50,382 nucleotides of DNA from a virus. This document shows, piece after piece, positions 8,512-16,963 of this stretch. Where the stretch lies: the UHGV virus genome UHGV-1368299; one strand, 5' to 3'. The first letter of the stretch is position 1; each line of letters starts with the position of its first letter. Both the position numbers and the translations under genes were made by a program. The notes beneath the pieces are model-generated. The model did no database searches. It worked only from the letters and a program-made list of their open reading frames with translations, and was not told the DNA's origin.

Positions 8512-8744
8512 TCGTCACCGTAAATGCAAAAACCTTCGGCCATTTGCTCATACATGGCCACGCTTTCAAGGCCGTACCCGGCGCGAAAATAAATCTCACC
8601 TACCACACCATCAAGGCCATTCTCTGAAGGATTCGCCATGTAGTCGGCCATGCACAGGCGAGAAAGGTTAACCAGGTGGCGAGATACAACTTGCGCTTTT
8701 GCTGGTACGATCTTGATGGTGTCTGCAATGGTTTTTGTTTTCAT
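8508..8744 (-). CDS. hypothetical protein (78 aa; start moved to ATG 8744)
   Basis: AGGAG SD before internal Met; N-terminal extension would overlap intergenic cassette. Confidence 0.5.
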   Translation of the reverse strand: MKTKTIADTIKIVPAKAQVVSRHLVNLSRLCMADYMANPSENGLDGVVGEIYFRAGYGLESVAMYEQMAEGFCIYGDE

Positions 8745-8760
8745 GGCGTTTGCTCCTGAT

Positions 8761-8817
8761 TGGTTGATGGAGTAATAATACCCGCACGCGGCGGGCATTA
8801 TTTAGCAATTAGTGCTG
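8761..8817 (-). promoter_or_regulatory. intergenic cassette copy 2 (CCCGCacgcgGCGGG hairpin + TTTAGCAATTAGTGCTG)
   Basis: Shares hairpin + 20-mer architecture; one mismatch in right half-site. Confidence 0.5.
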
Positions 8818-9045
8818 TTTTGCGAAATACTCAGCGCCTTCATGCGATTTAAACTCAATCAATTCTCGTTCAAGAATTTCTGGCCAGTCAGCGACCGGGG
8901 TTCCGTTGTCCATGAACTCCATGTAGGTTCCGTCGATGGTGTCAGCGAAGGCTAACTTTTCCTCATCCGTACCAATGAAGCCGTACTTGTCCAGCAATTC
9001 AACAACGATCCGAAGATACTCGGAGAAAGATTCTACCTGTTCCAT
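8809..9045 (-). CDS. acidic hypothetical protein (78 aa)
   Basis: ORF track; co-directional. Confidence 0.5.
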   Translation of the reverse strand: MEQVESFSEYLRIVVELLDKYGFIGTDEEKLAFADTIDGTYMEFMDNGTPVADWPEILERELIEFKSHEGAEYFAKQH

Positions 9046-9048
9046 TTT

Positions 9049-9780
9049 TCAGATCCCACGTTTGCGCATACGCTTTTTAGCTAATGACGGGCAAATCTCG
9101 CTTACCGGAATGTAAAGCGTCTTTTGCTCCTCTCCAGGCTTGAGCTTGCGCATGATGAAAATAACACTTCCTTTATTGTTGTTGTCGACTGGCTTCCCGC
9201 TTAATCCATTGATGAATGCGAGGCGACCGGATCGGCTTAACTGGTTCCCGACCTCATCCTCTTCAACATCGGCAACAATCCAGATAATTTCGGCGGCCAT
9301 CTTCTGCGCGTCACGGAACCAGGCAGTAGAATTGTCGCCGGGTAGCAGAATGTCGATCTGGTTGTCGTGCTCCATTTGCTCAATGGCCTTGAGAATAAAC
9401 GGATCTGGAAACGAGTAAGGCGGATTCAGCCAAACGTGCTTGTTTTTTCCCCACCAGCGTTTAAGGCAATCTGTTTTTTCGTCGTAGAACTTCGGGCAAA
9501 CTGCGTTGCTTTGGTCTGCGGCGGCGTCGAGGTCGTAAGGGCCATAACGCTCTTCCATGTATGCGATCAGGCTGCGATCGGTCGCCCACTTATCGCGCAC
9601 GATATCAGGCGTTTTGCTTCCGGCGTATCGGTTGCCTGTTACCTGGTAAAACTTGTCGGGCCTGACAGCCTGATAGTGTCCGCCAGTAGCAAGGGCATTG
9701 CCAATAAACGTTTCGCGCTCCAATTGCTCAAACGTGATGAATGCGTCACGAGTGTCTTTGTCTGTGATATCTTTTGCCAT
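9049..9780 (-). CDS. dam: DNA N6-adenine methyltransferase (phage Dam family)
   Basis: Motif IV NPPY (VWLNPPYSF); size 243 aa; GAGG SD. Confidence 0.8.
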   Translation of the reverse strand: MAKDITDKDTRDAFITFEQLERETFIGNALATGGHYQAVRPDKFYQVTGNRYAGSKTPDIVRDKWATDRSLIAYMEERYGPYDLDAAADQSNAVCPKFYDEKTDCLKRWWGKNKHVWLNPPYSFPDPFILKAIEQMEHDNQIDILLPGDNSTAWFRDAQKMAAEIIWIVADVEEDEVGNQLSRSGRLAFINGLSGKPVDNNNKGSVIFIMRKLKPGEEQKTLYIPVSEICPSLAKKRMRKRGI

Positions 9781-9782
9781 TA

Positions 9783-10070
9783 TTATTTAACCTCGCAGGT
9801 TAAGGTATGGTGAACAGTTCCAAGCGTAATATCAATGGTGTTTTCATTGACCGTATAATAAGCGAAACCAAATGGCGTAAACAGCTTATACTTGTTGTCA
9901 CTGATGCCATCTATTATATCGCCAGCATGTTTGCCTTTTACAAATTTTATGTAGTCACGCGTTACCTCTGCTGTGTCATCCCCGCAAACGTATGTTTTCG
10001 GTTTTTCGCTGCAACCAATAAGACCAAGAGACAGAACAACTAAAGCCAGCATCTTTTTCATTTTCAACAC
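9783..10070 (-). CDS. outer-membrane lipoprotein (possible Cor-like superinfection exclusion protein)
   Basis: Signal peptide + lipobox LIGC; 95 aa; position next to dam as in T1-like phages; function inferred. Confidence 0.6.
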   Translation of the reverse strand: MLKMKKMLALVVLSLGLIGCSEKPKTYVCGDDTAEVTRDYIKFVKGKHAGDIIDGISDNKYKLFTPFGFAYYTVNENTIDITLGTVHHTLTCEVK

Positions 10071-10080
10071 TCCGTTCTTA

Positions 10081-10139
10081 GTTTCGATGGGGAAATGATA
10101 CCCGGCTTTCGCCGGGCGGTTTTAACAAAAAGTGCTATT
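10081..10139 (-). promoter_or_regulatory. intergenic cassette copy 3 (GTTTCGATGGGGAAATGATA + CCCGGCtttcGCCGGG + TTTTAACAAAAAGTGCTATT)
   Basis: Full module; TAG stop of VRR-NUC gene embedded in GTGCTATT. Confidence 0.6.
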
Positions 10140-10542
10140 TGATGGCATCGCAGAAAGCGATCTTGAATTGCTCGAAGCCATAGGCCACGGCGGCGAATCC
10201 GCCGCGACGGCGAACGGCAGCAAGGAATTCCCTTTGCTCCTTGCTCACTGGTGACGCCTGCGCCTTGCCCTGGCGCTTTAGCTCGATGGCCGCGAACGGG
10301 TATTTGCCACCGAACCCAATCAGGATCAGAATGTCGCTAACGCCCTTCAGCAACCCCATTTGATGATCGATAACTGCGCTCGCCTTGTGCTTGCTGCCTT
10401 CATTGACTGTGTGCCAGAACAGATAATCAGGGTATTCGTGCCGCAGCCACGAAACGCTATTCATCTGATCGATTTTCTCAAGCGGGCAAGCCTTTACAGG
10501 CCCGCCGTAGTATTCGAGATAATCACCTTTATCAGTAATCAC
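10135..10542 (-). CDS. VRR-NUC domain nuclease (PD-(D/E)XK)
   Basis: Characteristic D..ELK segment (SDILILIGFGGKYPFAAIELKRQGK), ~135 aa. Confidence 0.7.
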   Translation of the reverse strand: MITDKGDYLEYYGGPVKACPLEKIDQMNSVSWLRHEYPDYLFWHTVNEGSKHKASAVIDHQMGLLKGVSDILILIGFGGKYPFAAIELKRQGKAQASPVSKEQREFLAAVRRRGGFAAVAYGFEQFKIAFCDAIK

Positions 10543-12587
10543 TATTCGTCTCCAAAATCTTTGCGTGAAATAATATCTTCCTTCTTACCGTTAACGCGAT
10601 GCGTTACGCGCTTCGGCGCTCGGAAGTAATGCGCATTCTCAAGGATTTTTCGCGCATTCTTCATCCCGCCCAGCTTGCCGCGCATTACCGCGTCGCTAAC
10701 GTGCTGGAAGACTGCCTTTTGCCGCCACAACTTGCCGCAAATCTGATTCTCTGATTCCGGGAAGAACTTTTCCCTTGCGGTGAATCGCTCGCCGTCATGG
10801 TTCAGTAACACGTAATTGAAGATGATCCCGGACTGATTGCGAGTCAAGCCGATATCGAACCCGACAACATCATACCAGTCATTTTGCGTATAGTGTTTCC
10901 CGGTGAGATTGTCGTTGGGGTCTTTAAGCTGCACCCCGCAGCATCTGCACTGGCGAGCAACAATATCGTTTTCAGCGTAACACCCTTTTACTTTAATCTT
11001 CCCTGTTCGTGGGTCTTTCTGGTCTTCGCAGCGCTGCGAGATCCAGAAGTATTCGCAACGATTACCGTTGCTGTCTTTGTGGATGCATCGGCGGGCGTAC
11101 TCGCTATTTTCTCCCTTGCATACCGGGCAAATTTTCGGGCCGTTCTTGCTGCTCTTGCGTCTTTGGTATTGCGCCTGCTCAAGAATCGGATCGAAATATA
11201 GCTGGCCCAAATCGTCCATAGTCCCGGCGAAGTCCCAAACTAAATGGTCTTCCTTTACCCATGAGTAAGGCGGCTGTTTTTGCCAGTCTTTTAGCAGTCG
11301 CATACCGCGCCCCAAAAGCTGAATAAGCAACGTAAGCGATCCGATCTTGCGCAATATCACCGAAAAATCCCAAAACGGAACGTTAACGCCAGTGGTAAGG
11401 GCCATAACCTGGAAGATGTATTTAATCTCCCCGCGATTCGCCTTATCCAAAATTTCGCCGCGTTTCTTCGAGTTGGTCTTCTCGGTGATGATCGCGTATG
11501 TTGCGTCCGGCGGTAGATAGCTCGCCGCTTCCTTGCAATGCCGCTGGCCAGCGCAAGTAATAAGAACGCCGTTTCGGGTTTTCGCACGCTCCACGACCTT
11601 TTGCATAATCAGCTTCGTCATCTCGCCGGATTCATGGATTTTCTTTTCCATCTTGCGCAATTCTTCCGCGCTAAAATCCTGCGTACCGTCCTGACTGGAG
11701 CCGTGGAATTCTGAAAGATCATACCCCAACCCATCCGCCTCGGTGTCACCGAAGATGGTGGGAACTACAGATCCGAACTCGACAAGATAGTTTGTGTTAA
11801 TGTCGGTGATCTGCTCGCGCCAGAATCCGGGTTGTGTCTTATCCTCCTGCAAGATGGGAACCACACCGCGAAACTCAGAACCTGTATAGCCGACAATGCG
11901 AAGTTCTCGGCCAGTTTTCTCCAGGCACCGCCGCATTAACTCGCAAATGACGATGGTGTACTGCGTGCGCCCTGTTCCCTCCATAGGCAAGCCATCATCA
12001 CCAATCATGAACTCATCGCTTTCGTTATCGCTAGTTATATCATAATTTGGATTTGGTACTTTCTCTCCTTTCTCCGTTGTCATTTGTAAAAACGATTCAT
12101 TATTGGCGATCGCCTCCGCCAGATCTTGCCAGTCAACCTGGTGGCATTCGTCAATGGCCAGAACTGAAGGCACGTAGTCGCCCAGCATTTTAAACAGGCC
12201 ATTAACCACCGTCCCTTCAGATCCGACGACGATCGGGAAGTATGCGGCCTTCGTGCCTAACCCGGCGCAATAAACGGAGTTGGGAACATCGAGGTTACTG
12301 ATCTCCTCGGAATCCTGCTTCACGATCTCTGCCTGGCGAGCAAGAACCATCATGGGTAAGTTCATTGCCTTGCACTGCGCCGCGAGCATGGCGATCATGA
12401 TGGTTTTCCCGGCGGAAACCGAAGCCTTAATGTAAAAAGGATGTTCATATTTTGCGATCCGCTTCGCGGTCTCAATATACGCAACCGCCTGATACGGGTA
12501 AGGAACGATATTTCCGACGGTGAACCGCTTTTGTATTAGCGGGATCTTGTCTGCGTAGGCTTCAATTTGTTGTTCAATTGTGAGCAT
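10542..12587 (-). CDS. SF2 DNA helicase (DECH box) with C-terminal Cys-rich zinc-ribbon region (start moved to ATG 12587)
   Basis: Walker A SVSAGKT, motif II AIDECHQ; multiple CxxC pairs near C-terminus; AGGA SD. Confidence 0.8.
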   Translation of the reverse strand: MLTIEQQIEAYADKIPLIQKRFTVGNIVPYPYQAVAYIETAKRIAKYEHPFYIKASVSAGKTIMIAMLAAQCKAMNLPMMVLARQAEIVKQDSEEISNLDVPNSVYCAGLGTKAAYFPIVVGSEGTVVNGLFKMLGDYVPSVLAIDECHQVDWQDLAEAIANNESFLQMTTEKGEKVPNPNYDITSDNESDEFMIGDDGLPMEGTGRTQYTIVICELMRRCLEKTGRELRIVGYTGSEFRGVVPILQEDKTQPGFWREQITDINTNYLVEFGSVVPTIFGDTEADGLGYDLSEFHGSSQDGTQDFSAEELRKMEKKIHESGEMTKLIMQKVVERAKTRNGVLITCAGQRHCKEAASYLPPDATYAIITEKTNSKKRGEILDKANRGEIKYIFQVMALTTGVNVPFWDFSVILRKIGSLTLLIQLLGRGMRLLKDWQKQPPYSWVKEDHLVWDFAGTMDDLGQLYFDPILEQAQYQRRKSSKNGPKICPVCKGENSEYARRCIHKDSNGNRCEYFWISQRCEDQKDPRTGKIKVKGCYAENDIVARQCRCCGVQLKDPNDNLTGKHYTQNDWYDVVGFDIGLTRNQSGIIFNYVLLNHDGERFTAREKFFPESENQICGKLWRQKAVFQHVSDAVMRGKLGGMKNARKILENAHYFRAPKRVTHRVNGKKEDIISRKDFGDE

Positions 12588-12600
12588 GGGCAATCCTAAT

Positions 12601-12628
12601 TTGTCATTCGCATAGTTGCGTGTATAAT
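12601..12628 (+). promoter_or_regulatory. sigma70 promoter: TTGTCA -N16- TG-TATAAT (extended -10)
   Basis: Near-consensus -35 and perfect extended -10, 50 nt upstream of first + strand gene in divergent region. Confidence 0.6.
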
Positions 12629-12639
12629 ACATGGAACAT

Positions 12640-12669
12640 TTTATCAGGTTTAACAAAAAATGCTATGAG
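12640..12669 (-). promoter_or_regulatory. degenerate cassette copy (TTTAACAAAAAATGCTATG) in divergent promoter region
   Basis: Partial match to 20-mer; no hairpin. Confidence 0.3.
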
Positions 12670-12678
12670 GGTTAAATT

Positions 12679-13080
12679 ATGGAACAAATGGCAAAGATTG
12701 ATAAGCGAACCTTGAACGGCAATAACGGAACATCGCGCGGGAAAGATAAGAAGAAACGCAAGCGACCGACTGGTTACTACGTGCTGAAGGATGAGGTTCG
12801 CGCCGGGTTGACTGCGCGGATGGAGCTGGTTATTGATGCCTTTGGTGGTATCGCTGGAACGGCAAAAGAGTTGGGGGTTAGCATCCAGGTTGTTCAGCAG
12901 TGGCGTAAGCGCGGCATGATCTCAGCCGATGGCGCTTATCTCGTACATAAGAGCTACCGCCGGAACAATTGCAAAGGTTTCCGCTCCTCATTCTGCCGAC
13001 CTGATTTAAGATTTGACAGCAACGGCAAGCCAGTGACGCGCCGATGCGACCGCCGGGAAATGCTCCGCGTTGTCCGATAG
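12679..13080 (+). CDS. HTH DNA-binding protein (Cro/YdaS-like motif GVSIQVVQQWRKRG); C-terminal ~40 aa low-complexity, true stop uncertain
   Basis: First gene downstream of strong promoter; HTH signature; basic N-terminus. Confidence 0.5.
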   Translation: MEQMAKIDKRTLNGNNGTSRGKDKKKRKRPTGYYVLKDEVRAGLTARMELVIDAFGGIAGTAKELGVSIQVVQQWRKRGMISADGAYLVHKSYRRNNCKGFRSSFCRPDLRFDSNGKPVTRRCDRREMLRVVR

Positions 13081-13098
13081 CACAATTTGACTAACAGC

Positions 13099-13140
13099 AA
13101 AACGCCTGCCGGGTTATGATTCTCGTGTAGGCGTTTTTTA
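13099..13140 (+). terminator. stem-loop + T6 (AAACGCCT...AGGCGTTTTTT), possible attenuator before primase
   Basis: 6-9 bp stem, large loop, T-run. Confidence 0.4.
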
Positions 13141-13155
13141 TTTGGAGGTTGCGAC

Positions 13156-14115
13156 GTGGATTTTTACGATGAAAAAGAGGTTTTGCCGTACATGGCTGGT
13201 ATGTGGCGCGAAGCGTTGCAGAACATTTGCGGCATTCACTCCCGATATTTCAACGGCAAACACCAGGACTGTCCGAACTGCGGCGGCAAAGACAGATTCC
13301 GCTGGACTGACAAGTTAGAAACGCGCGGCGACGGCGGGGCATACTGCGGTGGCTGCGGCGCTGACAAGGGGATCGGGTGGTTGATGAAGTTAACTGGGCA
13401 GCCTTACAGCGAGTGCATCAACATTCTTGGGCGCTATCTCGGCAAGATTCCGCAGGAATACGTGGTCAAGAGAAATAAGCAGGTCGCCAGAGATAACGGG
13501 TACGACTACGGGAAGGTGGCAGACCATGAAAGAGTCGTGGCGATTCTGAACAGAACGGAGGCCGTTGATAGCACGCCTGTAACGCTCTATGAAGGCATAG
13601 AAAACGAGCACGTCAAATCATATCAGGTGGGCGTGAAAACTCACGAGAACGGCAGGCAGGAGCTAATTCACGCGCTACCGATGCAACTCGTGCATGAAGA
13701 TGGGCCGGATGATGAGTATTGCAATATCCTGTTCATTGATGAGGATGGCCGCGAGAAGATGTTAGCTGGCGATCTGACCTTCGGTTCGGTGATAGTGACC
13801 AATCAGAGCGACGACGGTAACGGGCCGATTTACCTTGCTCGATCCTGGATTGAGGCGATGCACTTCAATATTGCCAGTTCGTTCAAGTGCGACGTTTGGG
13901 CCTGCATCATCCCTTCCAATGTCGAGATCGTGGCGTACAGGTATAAAGGCAAGGGCGGAGAAGGTAAGCGAGAAATGCGGGTAGTTTGCCGTCGTGGAGA
14001 TCGGGATATGCTGGCGTCCGCCGACGATCGGGATCTAAAGGTTATCGTTCCGAACGGTGACAACTTCAAGCTCGGATTTGAGCGTAAGTTATACAAGGCA
14101 TCATCTCTTCTCTGA
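13156..14115 (+). CDS. DNA primase (zinc-ribbon + Toprim-like)
   Basis: CPNCGGKDRFRW...CGGCG zinc-binding primase motif; GTG start with GGAGG SD. Confidence 0.75.
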   Translation: MDFYDEKEVLPYMAGMWREALQNICGIHSRYFNGKHQDCPNCGGKDRFRWTDKLETRGDGGAYCGGCGADKGIGWLMKLTGQPYSECINILGRYLGKIPQEYVVKRNKQVARDNGYDYGKVADHERVVAILNRTEAVDSTPVTLYEGIENEHVKSYQVGVKTHENGRQELIHALPMQLVHEDGPDDEYCNILFIDEDGREKMLAGDLTFGSVIVTNQSDDGNGPIYLARSWIEAMHFNIASSFKCDVWACIIPSNVEIVAYRYKGKGGEGKREMRVVCRRGDRDMLASADDRDLKVIVPNGDNFKLGFERKLYKASSLL

Positions 14116-14610
14116 TTAAATATTGACCAGAAATTAGGTAAGATTGAGAAAATCAGTCTTACCTTTTTTTATGCCTGAAATTCAGCGACTTGCAACTGGT
14201 CGAACCACTTTAGGTAAGATTTAGTAAGATGAATCTTACGTAAATTTCGCGCAAAATTTAACCAATTACCCGCCATATATAGATAGTAAGTATATGATAA
14301 ATAATAATATTATTATTATTACTCTATCTCTCTATACTTATCTTGGTAAGATTTCTCCGGGGTACGTATCTTTTTTCGCTGGATTTCGCGCCAGATTTTT
14401 CATGGATATTTACCTATAGGGATCTTACTATCTTACCGATTTGCATTAACTCGATGAAATATATAGGAAAAATCACGTAAGATGCATCTTACTAAATCTT
14501 ACGTAAATTTCGCTCATTTTTTGACCAACTACGGATAGCACTTTTTGACTTGCGCCGGGAATCGTCATGCGTATACTTAACGCAACGAAACCACAAATGG
14601 AGCAATATCA
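14116..14610. repeat. 495-bp AT-rich non-coding hub: about 10 copies of GGTAAGAT/ATCTTACC, two 19-bp direct repeats AATCTTACGTAAATTTCGC, 16-bp perfect palindrome GTAAGATGCATCTTAC, 18-bp AT palindrome AATAATAATATTATTATT
   Basis: Read directly; no ORF over 40 codons; mirrored by second hub at 49.4-49.7 kb. Confidence 0.7.
14136..14171 (+). terminator. rho-independent terminator (AGGTAAGA...TCTTACCT + T7)
   Basis: 8-bp stem, T7 tract, right after primase stop; stem arms are GGTAAGAT iteron copies. Confidence 0.55.
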
Positions 14611-15657
14611 ATGGCTGAAGCAATTTTCAGGGCATACACCAGCGGTGAATTGACCAACGAGCAATATCACGATCCTAACTCCTGGTGCGCGGAGTACGTT
14701 AGCGGCTCAAGCCTCGGCGAGATTTACGCAACATCCCCGGCGCACTGGAAATTCAAGTTGCGTGAGGAAACCGCCGCGCTGGCGTTCGGAACCTGTTCGC
14801 ATACCTGTATGCTTGAGACGGCAAAATTTAATGGCGAGTACCTGCGGGCGACTTCTCCGGGCGAGGTTAAAGATCTGATTACGTCGAAGTCGGCACTGTC
14901 TGCGAAGCTGAAAGCGTGTGGCCTGATTGGGACGTCCAACAAGGATTACCCGGAACTTCTGGAAATGGCATATCGCGCCGGGATTGACGTAAATGTTTGG
15001 TGGGCGATTGAACTTTGCGACGAAAGCGCCGCGATGAACTCCGGGCGCAAGCTGGTTAAGGATGTTGATTTCGATGCCGTTGTTCAAATGCGCAGCGTGA
15101 TGCTGGCCAACCCGCGACACGCCGCATGTATCGAATCGCCTACCGCACAGCGTGAATTGTCAATCTTCGGTGAGATCTTCGGCGTCAAGGTCAAGGTTCG
15201 GCTCGATCATGTTGACGTTGTTTCCGATCCAGAACTCATCAAGGAGTGGGGGTTCAACCAGGATGAAGTTTTCGAGGTAGTGGTGATTACCGACTACAAA
15301 ACCACACAATCTTCCAAGCCGGACGATTTCGGGCGACTCGCCTTCAATTTGGGCTACTATCTCAAGATGGCATTGCAGCGCGATCTGTTTGTGAAGACAT
15401 ACAACGAAAAACGCCCGGTAGTTGTCAGACTGCTAACGCAGGAGAAAAAATCACCGTTTGCTCCGCTGGCGTTCACCCTGACCAGCCAGCAGATCGAGAT
15501 CGGTCGCAAGCAGTATCAAAGCGTGATTCATCAGTATGCGGAATGCGTGAAGCATGATTCATGGCCATCATATGAGTCAAACGCGGCGGAAGTCGTTTTG
15601 CCTACTCCGCAGTTTGTGAAATACATGTTCCCGGACGTATACGGCACAAATAGCTAA
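14611..15657 (+). CDS. PD-(D/E)XK recombination exonuclease (RecE/YqaJ/Cas4-like)
   Basis: VVVITDYKTT (D-x-K) motif; located with erf and ssb. Confidence 0.7.
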   Translation: MAEAIFRAYTSGELTNEQYHDPNSWCAEYVSGSSLGEIYATSPAHWKFKLREETAALAFGTCSHTCMLETAKFNGEYLRATSPGEVKDLITSKSALSAKLKACGLIGTSNKDYPELLEMAYRAGIDVNVWWAIELCDESAAMNSGRKLVKDVDFDAVVQMRSVMLANPRHAACIESPTAQRELSIFGEIFGVKVKVRLDHVDVVSDPELIKEWGFNQDEVFEVVVITDYKTTQSSKPDDFGRLAFNLGYYLKMALQRDLFVKTYNEKRPVVVRLLTQEKKSPFAPLAFTLTSQQIEIGRKQYQSVIHQYAECVKHDSWPSYESNAAEVVLPTPQFVKYMFPDVYGTNS

Positions 15658-15716
15658 ACACTGGTGCGCACTTGTGATATAGTGCGCATTACCAATCAGG
15701 AAAAGGAAACTTTATC

Positions 15717-16373
15717 ATGCGTACATCTGAAAAATTTACCACCATTGCAGCCGCATTAATCAAAGCAAAATCTGGCTTCGTGGCCGCGAAGAAAAGCGGG
15801 AAGAACAACCATCTTGGGAACACCTACGCGAATCTTGGGGATATCCTCGACGCGATTTCCCCGGCGCTGGAGAAGAACAAAATTATGGTCATTCAATCCA
15901 TGATGGATACGAGCACCGAAAAGGTGATGCACCTCGAAACGATGTTTTTGCATGAAAGCGGCGAGTTCATGGCGTTTCAGTACAATATGCCGATCAGTAA
16001 AACCGTCGAGCAAGCATATGGTTCAACAACATCTTACGCCCGCCGTTATGCGCTGGCCGCGGCGCTCGGTATCAAGCAGGCGGATGATGATGCAGAAATT
16101 ACGAAGATGACGCCGAAAGACTTCAAAAAACGCATTGACGCGTGCGAAGATCTCGAATCGCTTCGCGAGATCTATAAGCTGGCGAAACAAACGTTAACTC
16201 CTGCCGAATGGAAAATGACGGAAGACGATATCACCAAACGCCAGGCTGAACTGAAAGTCACCCCGGCGAACGGCTTCAATCCTGGTAAACCGCAAGAGGT
16301 TGCGAAACGTGAGCCTGAAAAGGTAGAATCAAAACCTGAACCAGAAGCACAAGATATTTCATCTTTCAACTAA
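15717..16373 (+). CDS. erf: ERF-family single-strand annealing protein
   Basis: GSTTSYARRYALAAALG motif typical of Erf; AGGAAAAGGAAA SD. Confidence 0.8.
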   Translation: MRTSEKFTTIAAALIKAKSGFVAAKKSGKNNHLGNTYANLGDILDAISPALEKNKIMVIQSMMDTSTEKVMHLETMFLHESGEFMAFQYNMPISKTVEQAYGSTTSYARRYALAAALGIKQADDDAEITKMTPKDFKKRIDACEDLESLREIYKLAKQTLTPAEWKMTEDDITKRQAELKVTPANGFNPGKPQEVAKREPEKVESKPEPEAQDISSFN

Positions 16374-16409
16374 TTTAACCGGGCGGGAAACCGCCCCATA
16401 GGAATGACA

Positions 16410-16871
16410 ATGCATGTTGTAACAGGTGTAATCCGAAAAGAACCGTACATCAAGGAAGGCAGCAATAACAACGGGCCGTGGAAAATGTACGCCGTAGACC
16501 TGTCGGAGCGGATGAAGATCCGCAATCGTGATGGCGAGGACGAAACAATTTACACGAACTACCGCGCTGTTTTCTTTGCCAAAGAAAATATGATTAAGTG
16601 GTACGATGAAGCGCTGCAAGTGGATAGGGTGATTAGCGTCACCTGCCGGACGCTTCAGATCGTGAACCGCGAGCACAACGGCACAATTTACAGCCACAAC
16701 GAAATGATTATGCCGCAACTCGAATTCAGCCAGCGCGAGCCGACTCAAAACGGCGGCAATCAGCAATCCGGGTGGGGCCAGCCTCAACAACCCAAGCCGC
16801 AGCAAGCGCCTAAACCGCAAAACAGCGGCGGTAATCCGGGGATGGATTTCTACGATGATATCCCGTTCTAA
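16410..16871 (+). CDS. ssb: single-stranded DNA-binding protein (SSB)
   Basis: OB-fold-like N-terminus, Gly/Gln/Pro-rich tail ending DDIPF; start moved to second ATG with AGGA SD. Confidence 0.8.
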   Translation: MHVVTGVIRKEPYIKEGSNNNGPWKMYAVDLSERMKIRNRDGEDETIYTNYRAVFFAKENMIKWYDEALQVDRVISVTCRTLQIVNREHNGTIYSHNEMIMPQLEFSQREPTQNGGNQQSGWGQPQQPKPQQAPKPQNSGGNPGMDFYDDIPF

Positions 16872-16881
16872 TTTGACAACT

Positions 16882-16909
16882 AAAGGGGCCGAAAAGCTCC
16901 TTTTTTTTT
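16882..16909 (+). terminator. rho-independent terminator (AAAGGGGC cgaaaa GCTCCTTT + T9)
   Basis: Stem with one G-U pair on + transcript, T9 tract. Confidence 0.6.
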
Positions 16910-16963
16910 CTGTTCATTGATGCTATTATTTGCGCTATTCAACCAACCCAAGAGGATTAAAAC

